The position numbers and the translations under genes were made by a program. Positions 18,118 to 26,680 of a DNA stretch of 38,833 bases are shown piece by piece. The notes below the pieces were generated by a model, which saw only the letters and a list, made by a program, of their open reading frames with translations, did not search any database and was not told where the DNA came from. Origin of the DNA: Candidatus Limnocylindria bacterium (GTDB taxonomy: Bacteria; Chloroflexota; Limnocylindria; P2-11E); assembly GCA_035513115.1 (NCBI GenBank), contig DATKCP010000160.1, positions 1-38,833 on the forward strand, read 5' to 3'. How positions within the stretch are numbered: the stretch's first letter is position 1; each line of letters begins with the position of its first letter.

Positions 18118-19443
18118 GTGATTCCGGTGCCGCGCACGATCGCCATGCGAGTCCTGGTCGGTGCCACGGCGGCGGTCGTGGCGGCCCTCGCGCTCGTCGA
18201 TCTCCTGGCGCCGCCTGACGGCATCTCTCGCCTGTTCGCCGCGGCGGTCGTCGCCGTGGTCATCGGTGTCCTCGTCGCGTGGGCCGTCGAACGCGGGATC
18301 TCGCGGCCGATCGTGCTGCTCACGCGGCGCACGGACGCGCAGGCCACCAGCATGGATGTGCGCGGACCGCGCGAGATCGAGGACCTCGCGGCCTCCGTAC
18401 GTCGGGCGATGGCGCTGATCCGCGACGAGCGTGCAACGGCTGGTGCGGAGCGTGATCGCCTCGGCACGCTGATCGATGAGCTCGGTGATGCGATCGTGAT
18501 CGCCGACGAGGGCGGCCACGTGCTGCTCGCGAACAAGGTGGCGCGCGCGAACATGGGCGCCGATGTGGTCGGCCGCCGGTTGCCCGAGGTGATCCGCGAC
18601 CACGAGATCCTCGAGGCGATCGGGTCAGCGCGGGCAGGTCGCGAGGCGAGCGCGACGATCGACCGCGCCGATCCTCGCCGGTTCATGCGAGCGGTGGCGC
18701 GCCCCTTCGAAGGGGGCCAGCTGCTTCTGGTGCTTCAGGATCTGACGCCGCTTCGTCGGCTCGAAACCGTCCGTTCCGACTTCGTCGCGAACGTGTCGCA
18801 CGAGCTTCGGCGGCCGATCGGCTCGCTGAAGGCGATGGCGGAGGCGCTCGATGAGGGCGCCATCGACGATCCTGTTGCCGCACGCGACTTCGTGCAGCGG
18901 ATGCAGCAGGAGATCGATGGTCTCGCGCAGCTCACCAATGAGCTCCTGACGCTCACGCGCATCGAATCCGGCGCGGAGACGCTGATGCTCCGGAGCCAGT
19001 CGCCGGACGAGCTGCTGGGCGAGTGCGCGCGCCGAATGGGCCCGCTCGCGTCGCGCGCTCGCGTCGCGCTTCTCGTCGAGCCAGGCGACGCGCCTCCGGT
19101 ACGCGCGGACGCCGAGCGCGTGGGTCAGGTGCTGGCGAACCTGGTGCACAACGCGGTCAAGTTCACGGCCCCGGGCGGCACCGTCCGACTCGCGGCTGCG
19201 CGCGAGGGCGGACGCGTCGCGTTCAGCATCGCCGACACCGGCGTGGGCCTCGAGCGTGGCGATCTCGAGCGCGTGTTCGAGCGCTTCTACAAGGCCGATC
19301 GATCGCGGTCCGGCGGCGGCACCGGGCTCGGTCTCGCGATCGCAAAGCACATCGTCCAAGCGCACGGCGGTCGGATAGAGGCGCGGAGCGATGGGCCCAG
19401 CCGCGGGGCGACGTTCCGCTTCACGTTGCCACTCGCCGAGTGA
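18118..19443 (+). CDS. PhoR/SenX3-like membrane sensor histidine kinase
   Basis: Two N-terminal TM helices with a minimal external loop, a PAS-like region, the H-box FVANVSHELRRPI and HATPase motifs (HNAVKF, DTGVGL, GTGLGLAI). It lies next to a PhoP/RegX3-like regulator and the pst operon. Alternative starts are GTG 18127 and ATG 18145. Confidence 0.85.
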   Translation: MIPVPRTIAMRVLVGATAAVVAALALVDLLAPPDGISRLFAAAVVAVVIGVLVAWAVERGISRPIVLLTRRTDAQATSMDVRGPREIEDLAASVRRAMALIRDERATAGAERDRLGTLIDELGDAIVIADEGGHVLLANKVARANMGADVVGRRLPEVIRDHEILEAIGSARAGREASATIDRADPRRFMRAVARPFEGGQLLLVLQDLTPLRRLETVRSDFVANVSHELRRPIGSLKAMAEALDEGAIDDPVAARDFVQRMQQEIDGLAQLTNELLTLTRIESGAETLMLRSQSPDELLGECARRMGPLASRARVALLVEPGDAPPVRADAERVGQVLANLVHNAVKFTAPGGTVRLAAAREGGRVAFSIADTGVGLERGDLERVFERFYKADRSRSGGGTGLGLAIAKHIVQAHGGRIEARSDGPSRGATFRFTLPLAE

Positions 19444-19522
19444 CGGCGATCATGCCCATCGAGTCGTCTTTGAAGATCACGACGCCGACCCGTACAGCGT
19501 CGCTGCTCGTTGTCATCCCGAC

Positions 19523-19539
19523 GTGAACGCGCGGTGAAC
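19523..19539 (-). promoter_or_regulatory. Candidate PHO box (two 11-nt direct-repeat units, inverted orientation) at the -35 position of the regulator gene
   Basis: The minus strand reads GTTCACCGCGC GTTCACGTCGG. The unit GTTCACCGCGC is identical to one upstream of pstS. A -10-like TAGGCT at 19555-19560 puts the expected -35 at about 19532-19537. Confidence 0.45.
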
Positions 19540-19569
19540 GTTCGAAGCGGATGGTAGGCTCGGCTGCCG

Positions 19570-20262
19570 GTGGCACGCATCGTCCTGGTAGACGACGACG
19601 CGAATCTGCGACATACGCTCGGCTACGCGCTCCGCCAGGAGGGCTTCGAAGTGCTCGTCGCGGAGGATGGCGAACGAGGCCTCGAGGCGTTCCATCAGAG
19701 TCGTCCCGACGTGGTCCTCCTTGACGTCATGCTGCCGCGCATGGACGGCTTCGAAGTGTGTCGTCGGATCCGGAAGGAGAGCGACGTCCCGATCATCATG
19801 CTCACGGCACGCGATACGGAGCTCGACAAGGTCGTGGGGCTCGAGCTGGGGGCGGACGACTATCTCGCCAAGCCCTTTTCGACGCGCGAGCTCGTCGCAC
19901 GCATGCGAGCGCTCCTTCGTCGGACCCGCGCGGTGAGGCCTTCCGCCGGCGAGCGCCTCGAAACCGCGGGTCTGATGCTCGATGCGGGCCGACACCGCGT
20001 CGTGCTGGAGGGGCAGGAGGTCGCGCTGAAGCCGAAGGAGTTCGACCTCCTTGCGTTCTTCATGGCACACCCCGGTCAGGTATTCGGCCGCGAACAGCTG
20101 CTCGCGAGCGTGTGGGGCTACGACTTCGCGGGTGATTCGCGGACGGTCGACACCCACGTCAAGACGCTGCGGGAGAAGCTCGACGACGCCGCCGAGCGTC
20201 CGCGCTGGATCGAGACCGTACGCGGCGTCGGGTACCGCTTCCGCGAGGCGTCCGCCTCGTAG
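19570..20262 (+). CDS. PhoP/RegX3-like OmpR-family response regulator
   Basis: Starts ARIVLVDDD, with VVLLDVMLPRMDG, LTAR and DDYLAKPFS, plus a winged helix (LKPKEFDLL...VRGVGYRF). Kinase-regulator-pstSCAB-phoU context. Confidence 0.9.
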   Translation: MARIVLVDDDANLRHTLGYALRQEGFEVLVAEDGERGLEAFHQSRPDVVLLDVMLPRMDGFEVCRRIRKESDVPIIMLTARDTELDKVVGLELGADDYLAKPFSTRELVARMRALLRRTRAVRPSAGERLETAGLMLDAGRHRVVLEGQEVALKPKEFDLLAFFMAHPGQVFGREQLLASVWGYDFAGDSRTVDTHVKTLREKLDDAAERPRWIETVRGVGYRFREASAS

Positions 20263-20284
20263 CGGTGACGGGCGCAGCGAGCCT

Positions 20285-20317
20285 GTTCACCGAGCGTTCA
20301 CCGCGCGCTCACCGCCC
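20285..20317 (+). promoter_or_regulatory. Candidate PHO box: three tandem 11-nt direct-repeat units upstream of pstS
   Basis: GTTCACCGAGC GTTCACCGCGC GCTCACCGCCC, with exact 11-nt periodicity, 72-104 nt upstream of the pstS ATG. A degenerate unit GTCACCGCACG lies in phase at 20340. This matches the GTTCACC-type units described for actinobacterial PhoP. Confidence 0.6.
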
Positions 20318-20388
20318 GCACATGCCGCAACACGACGCTGTCACCGCACGGCTCGACGCTGGGACCCATACGTGGGAGAGGAGAGCTC

Positions 20389-21420
<1,032 letters not shown>

Positions 21421-21461
21421 GTCCGAGTCCCGGGGGATCACGTCCCCAGTGTGTGTCGAGC

Positions 21462-21488
21462 GCAGAGCGGGCCGCCGGCCCGCTCTGC
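21462..21488 (+). other. Intercistronic stem-loop between pstS and pstC (perfect 12-bp stem, 3-nt loop)
   Basis: GCAGAGCGGGCC-GCC-GGCCCGCTCTGC with no U-tract after it. It sits 42 nt after the pstS stop and 58 nt before pstC. Confidence 0.55.
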
Positions 21489-21545
21489 GGCGCATGCGAT
21501 GACCGTCGGCGCCGGGCGCGCCCCGGCGGTGGCTGAGCGCTGGGC

Positions 21546-22475
21546 ATGATGACGGTCGCCGAAGGCGCCGCCCGGCGCTCGATCCGCCGCGACAACGCCG
21601 CGGCCATCCGCGAGCGGCTGGTCGAGCTGCCCCTGTTCCTTGCGGCCCTCGTGACGATCGTCACGACCGTGGGCATCGTCGGAGTGCTGCTGTTCGAAAC
21701 GCTCGAGTTCTTCCAGGTCGTTCCCCTCGTCCGCTTCCTTACCGAGACCGAGTGGACGCCGCTGTTCAGCACCAAGCAGTTCGGCATCATCGTGCTCATC
21801 TCGGCCACGGTGCTCACGTCGGTCGGAGCGATGCTGCTCGCGCTCCCGCTGGGTCTGCTGGTCGCGATCTATCTGTCCGAGTACGCGTCGCCGAACGTTC
21901 GCCGCGCGGTGAAGCCGGTCCTCGAGGTCCTGGCGGGGATCCCGACGGTGGTCTATGGGTATTTCGCGCTGCTCTTCGTCACGCCGATCATCCAGGCGCT
22001 GGTGCCCGGCACGGCGGTATTCAACGGCGCGTCGGCCGCGATCGTGATGGGCGTGATGATCATGCCGATGGTCACGTCGCTCAGCGAGGATGCCATGAGC
22101 GCCGTGCCCCAGTCACTGCGCGAGGCGGCATTCGGGCTGGGCGCCCTCCGCCATCAGGTCGCGCTTCGAGTGGTCGTTCCCGCGGCGCTCTCCGGCATCA
22201 GCGCCGCGTTCATCCTTGCCGCATCGCGCGCGGTCGGGGAGACGATGATCGTCGCCATCGCCGCGGGACTGAACCCGACCCTGACGCTCAACCCGTTCGT
22301 GCCGATCGAAACGATGACGGCCTACATCGTCCAGGTGAGCCTCGGCGACACACCGCACGGCACCCTCGAGTACAAGACGATCTTCGCGGTCGGAATGGTC
22401 CTGTTCCTGATGACGCTCGGCATGAACCTGCTCAGCCAGCTGTTCGTGCGGCGCTTCCGCGAGGAGTACCAATGA
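21546..22475 (+). CDS. pstC: Phosphate ABC transporter permease PstC
   Basis: 309-aa 6-TM permease with an EAA-like loop ([25 protein letters not shown]), located between pstS and pstA. Confidence 0.9.
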   Translation: MMTVAEGAARRSIRRDNAAAIRERLVELPLFLAALVTIVTTVGIVGVLLFETLEFFQVVPLVRFLTETEWTPLFSTKQFGIIVLISATVLTSVGAMLLALPLGLLVAIYLSEYASPNVRRAVKPVLEVLAGIPTVVYGYFALLFVTPIIQALVPGTAVFNGASAAIVMGVMIMPMVTSLSEDAMSAVPQSLREAAFGLGALRHQVALRVVVPAALSGISAAFILAASRAVGETMIVAIAAGLNPTLTLNPFVPIETMTAYIVQVSLGDTPHGTLEYKTIFAVGMVLFLMTLGMNLLSQLFVRRFREEYQ

Positions 22476-23338
22476 TCCTCGGTTCGCTCGGACGGGCGCG
22501 TGTCTACGATCGCCTCTTCGCGGGGCTTTGTCTTGGCGCGACGGCCCTGGCGATCGGGATACTCGCGTTGCTGCTGGTGAAGATCTTCGCCGATGGCGTT
22601 CCGACGCTGACGCTGAGCTTCCTCACGAGCTACCCGTCGCGGTTCCCGGCGGAGGCAGGTATCCGCGCGGCGATCCTCGGGACGCTGTGGCTCATCGGCC
22701 TCACGGCGGCGATCGCGGTCCCGACCGGGATCGCGGCCGCGGTGTGGCTGGAGGAGTACGCGCCACGGAACAACTTCCTGGCCCGCCTGATCGAGACCAA
22801 CATCGCGAACCTCGCCGGCGTTCCGTCGATCATCTACGGTCTGCTCGGCCTCGGCCTGTTCGTTCGGATCCTGCAGCTCGAGCGGTCGGTCATCGCGGGC
22901 GCGCTCACGATGTCCCTCCTCGTGCTGCCCATCATCGTCATCAGCGGGCGCGAGGCCCTGCGCGCGGTGCCGCGGTCGCAACGCGACGCCGCGTACGCGA
23001 TGGGCGCGACACGTTCGCAGGTGGTCTCGCGCATCGTCCTCCCGGCTGCCTACGGCGGCACGCTCACCGGCGTGATCCTGGCGCTGTCGCGTGCCATCGG
23101 AGAGACCGCGCCGCTGATCACGATCGGTGCGCTGACATTCATCGCGTTCGATCCCGACGGCCTTCTCAGCCCGTTCACCGTGCTGCCGATCCAGATCTTC
23201 AACTGGATCTCCCGGCCGCAGTCCGGGTTCCACGACATCGCGGCAAGCGCGATCGTCGTGCTGATCGTCACGCTGCTCTTCATGAACGCGCTCGCCGTCG
23301 TCGTCCGCGATCGGGCGCAACGGAGGTTGCGCGGATGA
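22472..23338 (+). CDS. pstA: Phosphate ABC transporter permease PstA
   Basis: Starts [14 protein letters not shown] and contains [29 protein letters not shown] overlap with pstC. The upstream part of track ORF 21752..23338 is out-of-frame overlap. Confidence 0.9.
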   Translation: MILGSLGRARVYDRLFAGLCLGATALAIGILALLLVKIFADGVPTLTLSFLTSYPSRFPAEAGIRAAILGTLWLIGLTAAIAVPTGIAAAVWLEEYAPRNNFLARLIETNIANLAGVPSIIYGLLGLGLFVRILQLERSVIAGALTMSLLVLPIIVISGREALRAVPRSQRDAAYAMGATRSQVVSRIVLPAAYGGTLTGVILALSRAIGETAPLITIGALTFIAFDPDGLLSPFTVLPIQIFNWISRPQSGFHDIAASAIVVLIVTLLFMNALAVVVRDRAQRRLRG

Positions 23339-24189
23339 GCCCTGGCACCGCCACACCACTCGTGCAGAATCTCGACATGGTCCTCGAGCCCCCCGTCCGG
23401 AGGGACGTGCCTACCGAGACCGCGCCGGATCCCGCGTTCCGCATCAGTGGACTCAGCACGTGGTACGGCAAGGCGCAGGCGCTTCGCGACCTGACCCTGG
23501 ACCTCCCGAAGAACCGGGTCACGGCGATCATCGGGCCCTCGGGCTGTGGCAAGAGCACGCTGCTGCGCTGCCTGAACCGGATGAACGATCTCGTGCCGTC
23601 CTTCCGCGCGACGGGAGAGATCTTCTATCACGGCGACGACATCAACTCGGACAAGGCCGACCCCGTAATGCTGCGCCGGCAGATCGGAATGGTCTTTCAG
23701 AAGGCGAATCCATTCCCGAAGTCGATCTTCGAGAACGTCGCATTCGGCCCGCGCATCAACGGGTATCGCAAGGACCTCGGTGCGCTGGTCGAGCACACGC
23801 TCCGGCGCGCGTATCTCTGGGACGAGGTGAAGGACAAGCTGCATGCCAGCGGGCTCGCGCTGTCCGGTGGCCAGCAGCAGCGTCTCTGCATCGCCCGCGC
23901 CCTCGCCGTCTCGCCAGACGTGCTCCTCATGGACGAGCCATGCTCGGCGCTCGACCCCATCGCGACCTATCGGATCGAGGAATTGATCCGTGACCTGGCG
24001 AAGGACTACACGATCGTGATCGTCACACACAACATGCAGCAGGCGTCACGGATCTCCGATCGCACGGCCTTCCTCCTCTCCGGGGAGGAGCGTGTCGGCG
24101 AGTTGGTCGAGTACGATGTCACCGACACGATCTTCACGACGCCACGAGACAAGCGCACCGAGGCGTACATCACAGGGCGGTTCGGATGA
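23335..24189 (+). CDS. pstB: Phosphate ABC transporter ATP-binding protein PstB
   Basis: Walker [10 protein letters not shown], signature [14 protein letters not shown], Walker [13 protein letters not shown] and [12 protein letters not shown] overlap with pstA. Confidence 0.95.
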   Translation: MSPGTATPLVQNLDMVLEPPVRRDVPTETAPDPAFRISGLSTWYGKAQALRDLTLDLPKNRVTAIIGPSGCGKSTLLRCLNRMNDLVPSFRATGEIFYHGDDINSDKADPVMLRRQIGMVFQKANPFPKSIFENVAFGPRINGYRKDLGALVEHTLRRAYLWDEVKDKLHASGLALSGGQQQRLCIARALAVSPDVLLMDEPCSALDPIATYRIEELIRDLAKDYTIVIVTHNMQQASRISDRTAFLLSGEERVGELVEYDVTDTIFTTPRDKRTEAYITGRFG

Positions 24190-24884
24190 GCGCACGCTCG
24201 ATACACCATCGTGCCGCACTCGAAGACGGGCTGGCGCAGCTCGAGGCCGACCTTCGGGCCATGACCAGCCTCCTCGACGTCGCGATCGAGCGCAGCGTGC
24301 TGTCGCTGCAGACGCTCGACCAGCGCATTGCGGGACTCGTGATCGCCGGCGACGAGCACATCAACCGCGTGCGGTTCCAGATCGAGGACCGCGCCATCCA
24401 GCTCATCGCCACCCAGCAACCGATCGCGGGCGACCTGCGCTTCATCGTGGCCGTGCTCATGGTCGTCTCGGAGATCGAGCGCATGGGCGACTACGCGGCG
24501 GGGATCGCGAAGGTCACGCAGCTCCACGAGGGCCGGCAGCTCCTCAAACCCCTCGTCGATGTACCGGAGATGGCCCGACTCGTGCGCGCGATGCTGCGTG
24601 AGGCGGTGGACGCCTTTCTGCAGCGCAACGAGCACACCGCCGAGCGCGTTGCGCTCCAGGACGACGAGGTCGACCGGCTGTACGACATCGTCTACCGCGA
24701 GCTGCTCCACTACATGACCGAAGACCCGAGCACCATCGATCGCGCGACGTGGCTTCTCTGGGTCGCGCACAACCTGGAGCGCATGGGCGACCGGATCCAG
24801 AACATCTGCGAGCGCACGGTGTACGAGGTCACCGGCGTCATGCGCGAGTTCACCTCGCACAACCCGCGACCGCCGGAGGAGTGA
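24186..24884 (+). CDS. phoU: Phosphate signalling/transport regulator PhoU
   Basis: 232 aa with two PhoU repeats, each with the E(I/L)ERMGD motif ([18 protein letters not shown]). ATGA overlap with pstB. Confidence 0.92.
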   Translation: MSARSIHHRAALEDGLAQLEADLRAMTSLLDVAIERSVLSLQTLDQRIAGLVIAGDEHINRVRFQIEDRAIQLIATQQPIAGDLRFIVAVLMVVSEIERMGDYAAGIAKVTQLHEGRQLLKPLVDVPEMARLVRAMLREAVDAFLQRNEHTAERVALQDDEVDRLYDIVYRELLHYMTEDPSTIDRATWLLWVAHNLERMGDRIQNICERTVYEVTGVMREFTSHNPRPPEE

Positions 24885-25291
24885 CCCCGCGGCGTGTCCT
24901 CTTCCTGTGCACGCACAACTCGGCGCGCTCCCAGATGGCCGAGGGATACCTGCGCGCGCTCGGTGCGGACATGTTCGACGTCGCGAGCGCGGGCACCGAG
25001 GCGCGCGGCCTGAACCCGCTCGCGGTCCGGGCGATGGCGGAGCAGGGGATCGACATCTCGCTCCAGGGGTCGAAGACGCTCGACCGGTACCTGCAGGAGC
25101 CCTTCGATCTCGTGATCACCGTGTGCGACGAGGCGAACGATGCGTGCCCCTACTTCGCGAACGCGAAGGAGCGCCGGCACTGGTCCTTCCCCGACCCGTC
25201 CGCCGTGCGCGGTGATGACCAGACGCGGTTCACGGCGTTCCGCGCCGTGCGTGACGCGATCCGCGAGCGGATCGAGCGGGAGCTGCTCTAG
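24881..25291 (+). CDS. arsC: Arsenate reductase, thioredoxin-coupled LMW-PTP type (ArsC)
   Basis: P-loop LFLCTHNSARSQMAEG and a downstream Cys pair in VITVCDEANDACP, equivalent to the Cys10/Cys82/Cys89 triad of Bacillus/Staphylococcus ArsC. The GTG start overlaps the phoU stop (GTGA). Confidence 0.8.
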   Translation: MTPRRVLFLCTHNSARSQMAEGYLRALGADMFDVASAGTEARGLNPLAVRAMAEQGIDISLQGSKTLDRYLQEPFDLVITVCDEANDACPYFANAKERRHWSFPDPSAVRGDDQTRFTAFRAVRDAIRERIERELL

Positions 25292-25887
25292 CGGGCGCCG
25301 CGCGCGAAGCGCACCTCTTCGATCCCATCGTTCGCGCCACCGCGCAGCGTCACGTCCGGTGCGCCCAGCTCGCGCAGGCGCGCGTGGGCCCGATCGGCGC
25401 TCCCGAGGTCGCGGCAGCCGACGACGACGCTGGCGATCCCGGTCGTCCCATTCGCGTGCCGCGCGGCGTCGCCGCCTGGTACGCGGCGATCGCGCGGCGT
25501 GAGGTCCTCGATGAGGAAGGGGAGCGGTGGCGCGAGGAGGGCCGTGCGCCAGCGCAGGCTGATGCCATCGGGACGGACGCGTCCGCCATCCGCGGGCTCA
25601 CGAGACACCAGCGCGCCGAGCGCCGCGACGTCGGCGGCGAGGTCGTCGGACAGGACCGCGAAGTCGGCATACCCACCCCGGCCGGAGTGGCGCCACCAGC
25701 GGTGCTGCGGCGCCGCCTTCCGGAAGCCGACGAGCTCGAGGTACGCGCCATCGGAGAACGCGACGAGCGCGTTGTGGGTGATGCCCTCGACGTGCTCCCC
25801 GCCCGGCGTCACGGTGAAGCCGCGACCTCTGTACTCCGCGACGGTCGCGTCGAGGTCGTGCGCCACGAAGACCACGTGGTCGAGCAT
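25288..25887 (-). CDS. VOC-fold / glyoxalase-like domain protein
   Basis: Starts MLDHVVFVAHDLDATVAEYRGRGFTVTPGGEHVEGITHNALVAFSDGAYLELVGF, typical of the Glyoxalase_3-type family. ATG at 25887. Upstream codons of track ORF 25288..26010 were discarded. Confidence 0.75.
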   Translation of the reverse strand: MLDHVVFVAHDLDATVAEYRGRGFTVTPGGEHVEGITHNALVAFSDGAYLELVGFRKAAPQHRWWRHSGRGGYADFAVLSDDLAADVAALGALVSREPADGGRVRPDGISLRWRTALLAPPLPFLIEDLTPRDRRVPGGDAARHANGTTGIASVVVGCRDLGSADRAHARLRELGAPDVTLRGGANDGIEEVRFARGAR

Positions 25888-25927
25888 GCGGATCACGCGA
25901 ACGTAGTAGCACGACGCGTAGGTCGAT

Positions 25928-26680
25928 TCAGAACGCGATGAGCGGCCGCCACGTCCCGAGGGCCATGCTGAGCGACGTTGCGGCGATCGCGAGCACCAGC
26001 GCACCGGCAACGAGCGCGCCGTCGCGCGCCGTCAGCGCCCGTGGGCGCGCGAGCGTGCGGCAGTCGCGCGAGCCGAAGCCGCGCGCGTCCATGGCCAGGG
26101 CGAGCCGCGTCGACCGTCGGATGGCGGAGACGAGCAGACCGAGCGCGCGGCCCGGGAAGGCGACCGCGCGGTCGACAAAGGTGCGGTCGGCTTCGATGCC
26201 GCGCGCGCGGCGCGCGAGGCCGAGCACGTCCCACTCGCGCGAGAACAGCGGGAACAGCCTGAACGCGGCGAGCGCGCCGACGACGAAGCGCGACGGCGCG
26301 CGCGCGTGCTCGACGAGCGCGTCCGCGAGATCGGTCGGGTCGATCGTGGCGACCGCGAGCATGCCGGCCAGCGAGACGCCGATGATGCGCAGCGCGATCG
26401 CGGCACCGGCGGCCGCGCTTCCGGATAGAACGGCGTTGAAGAGACCGAAGCCGGCCGCGCCGATCAGCAGCGGCGCGGCGCGGGCCGCGAGCGAGCGGGG
26501 CGGGAGTCCGCTGAAGCGCGCGGCGAGGAGCACCGCGGCGACGACGACGCCCGAGGTGACGAGGTCCACGGTGACGAACAGCGCGAGCATGAGGATCAGC
26601 GCCGCGACGATCTTCGCGATCGGATGCGGGCGAGCGAGCGGCGCGGTCGGGTCGGCGACGAGCGGCTCGAGCAGCCTCAC
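25928..26680 (-). CDS. ykoC: ECF transporter transmembrane (T) component, YkoC/EcfT-like
   Basis: 250-aa multi-TM protein with conserved Arg-rich coupling helices (ARRARGIE, AMDARGF). The GTG start overlaps the ATPase stop (GTGA). Confidence 0.8.
   Translation of the reverse strand: MRLLEPLVADPTAPLARPHPIAKIVAALILMLALFVTVDLVTSGVVVAAVLLAARFSGLPPRSLAARAAPLLIGAAGFGLFNAVLSGSAAAGAAIALRIIGVSLAGMLAVATIDPTDLADALVEHARAPSRFVVGALAAFRLFPLFSREWDVLGLARRARGIEADRTFVDRAVAFPGRALGLLVSAIRRSTRLALAMDARGFGSRDCRTLARPRALTARDGALVAGALVLAIAATSLSMALGTWRPLIAF

Noticed and set aside
19452-19526. 24-codon ORF (MPIESSLKITTPTRTASLLVVIPT) in the kinase-regulator spacer
   Set aside because: It has no RBS, mixed codon bias and very short length. 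The spacer is better explained as promoter and operator DNA for the regulator gene.
25288-25291. Convergent arsC and VOC genes share an interlocked CTAG (TAG on both strands)
   Set aside because: It is real but trivial, a by-product of compact convergent genes. I note it only because it leaves no room for a terminator.
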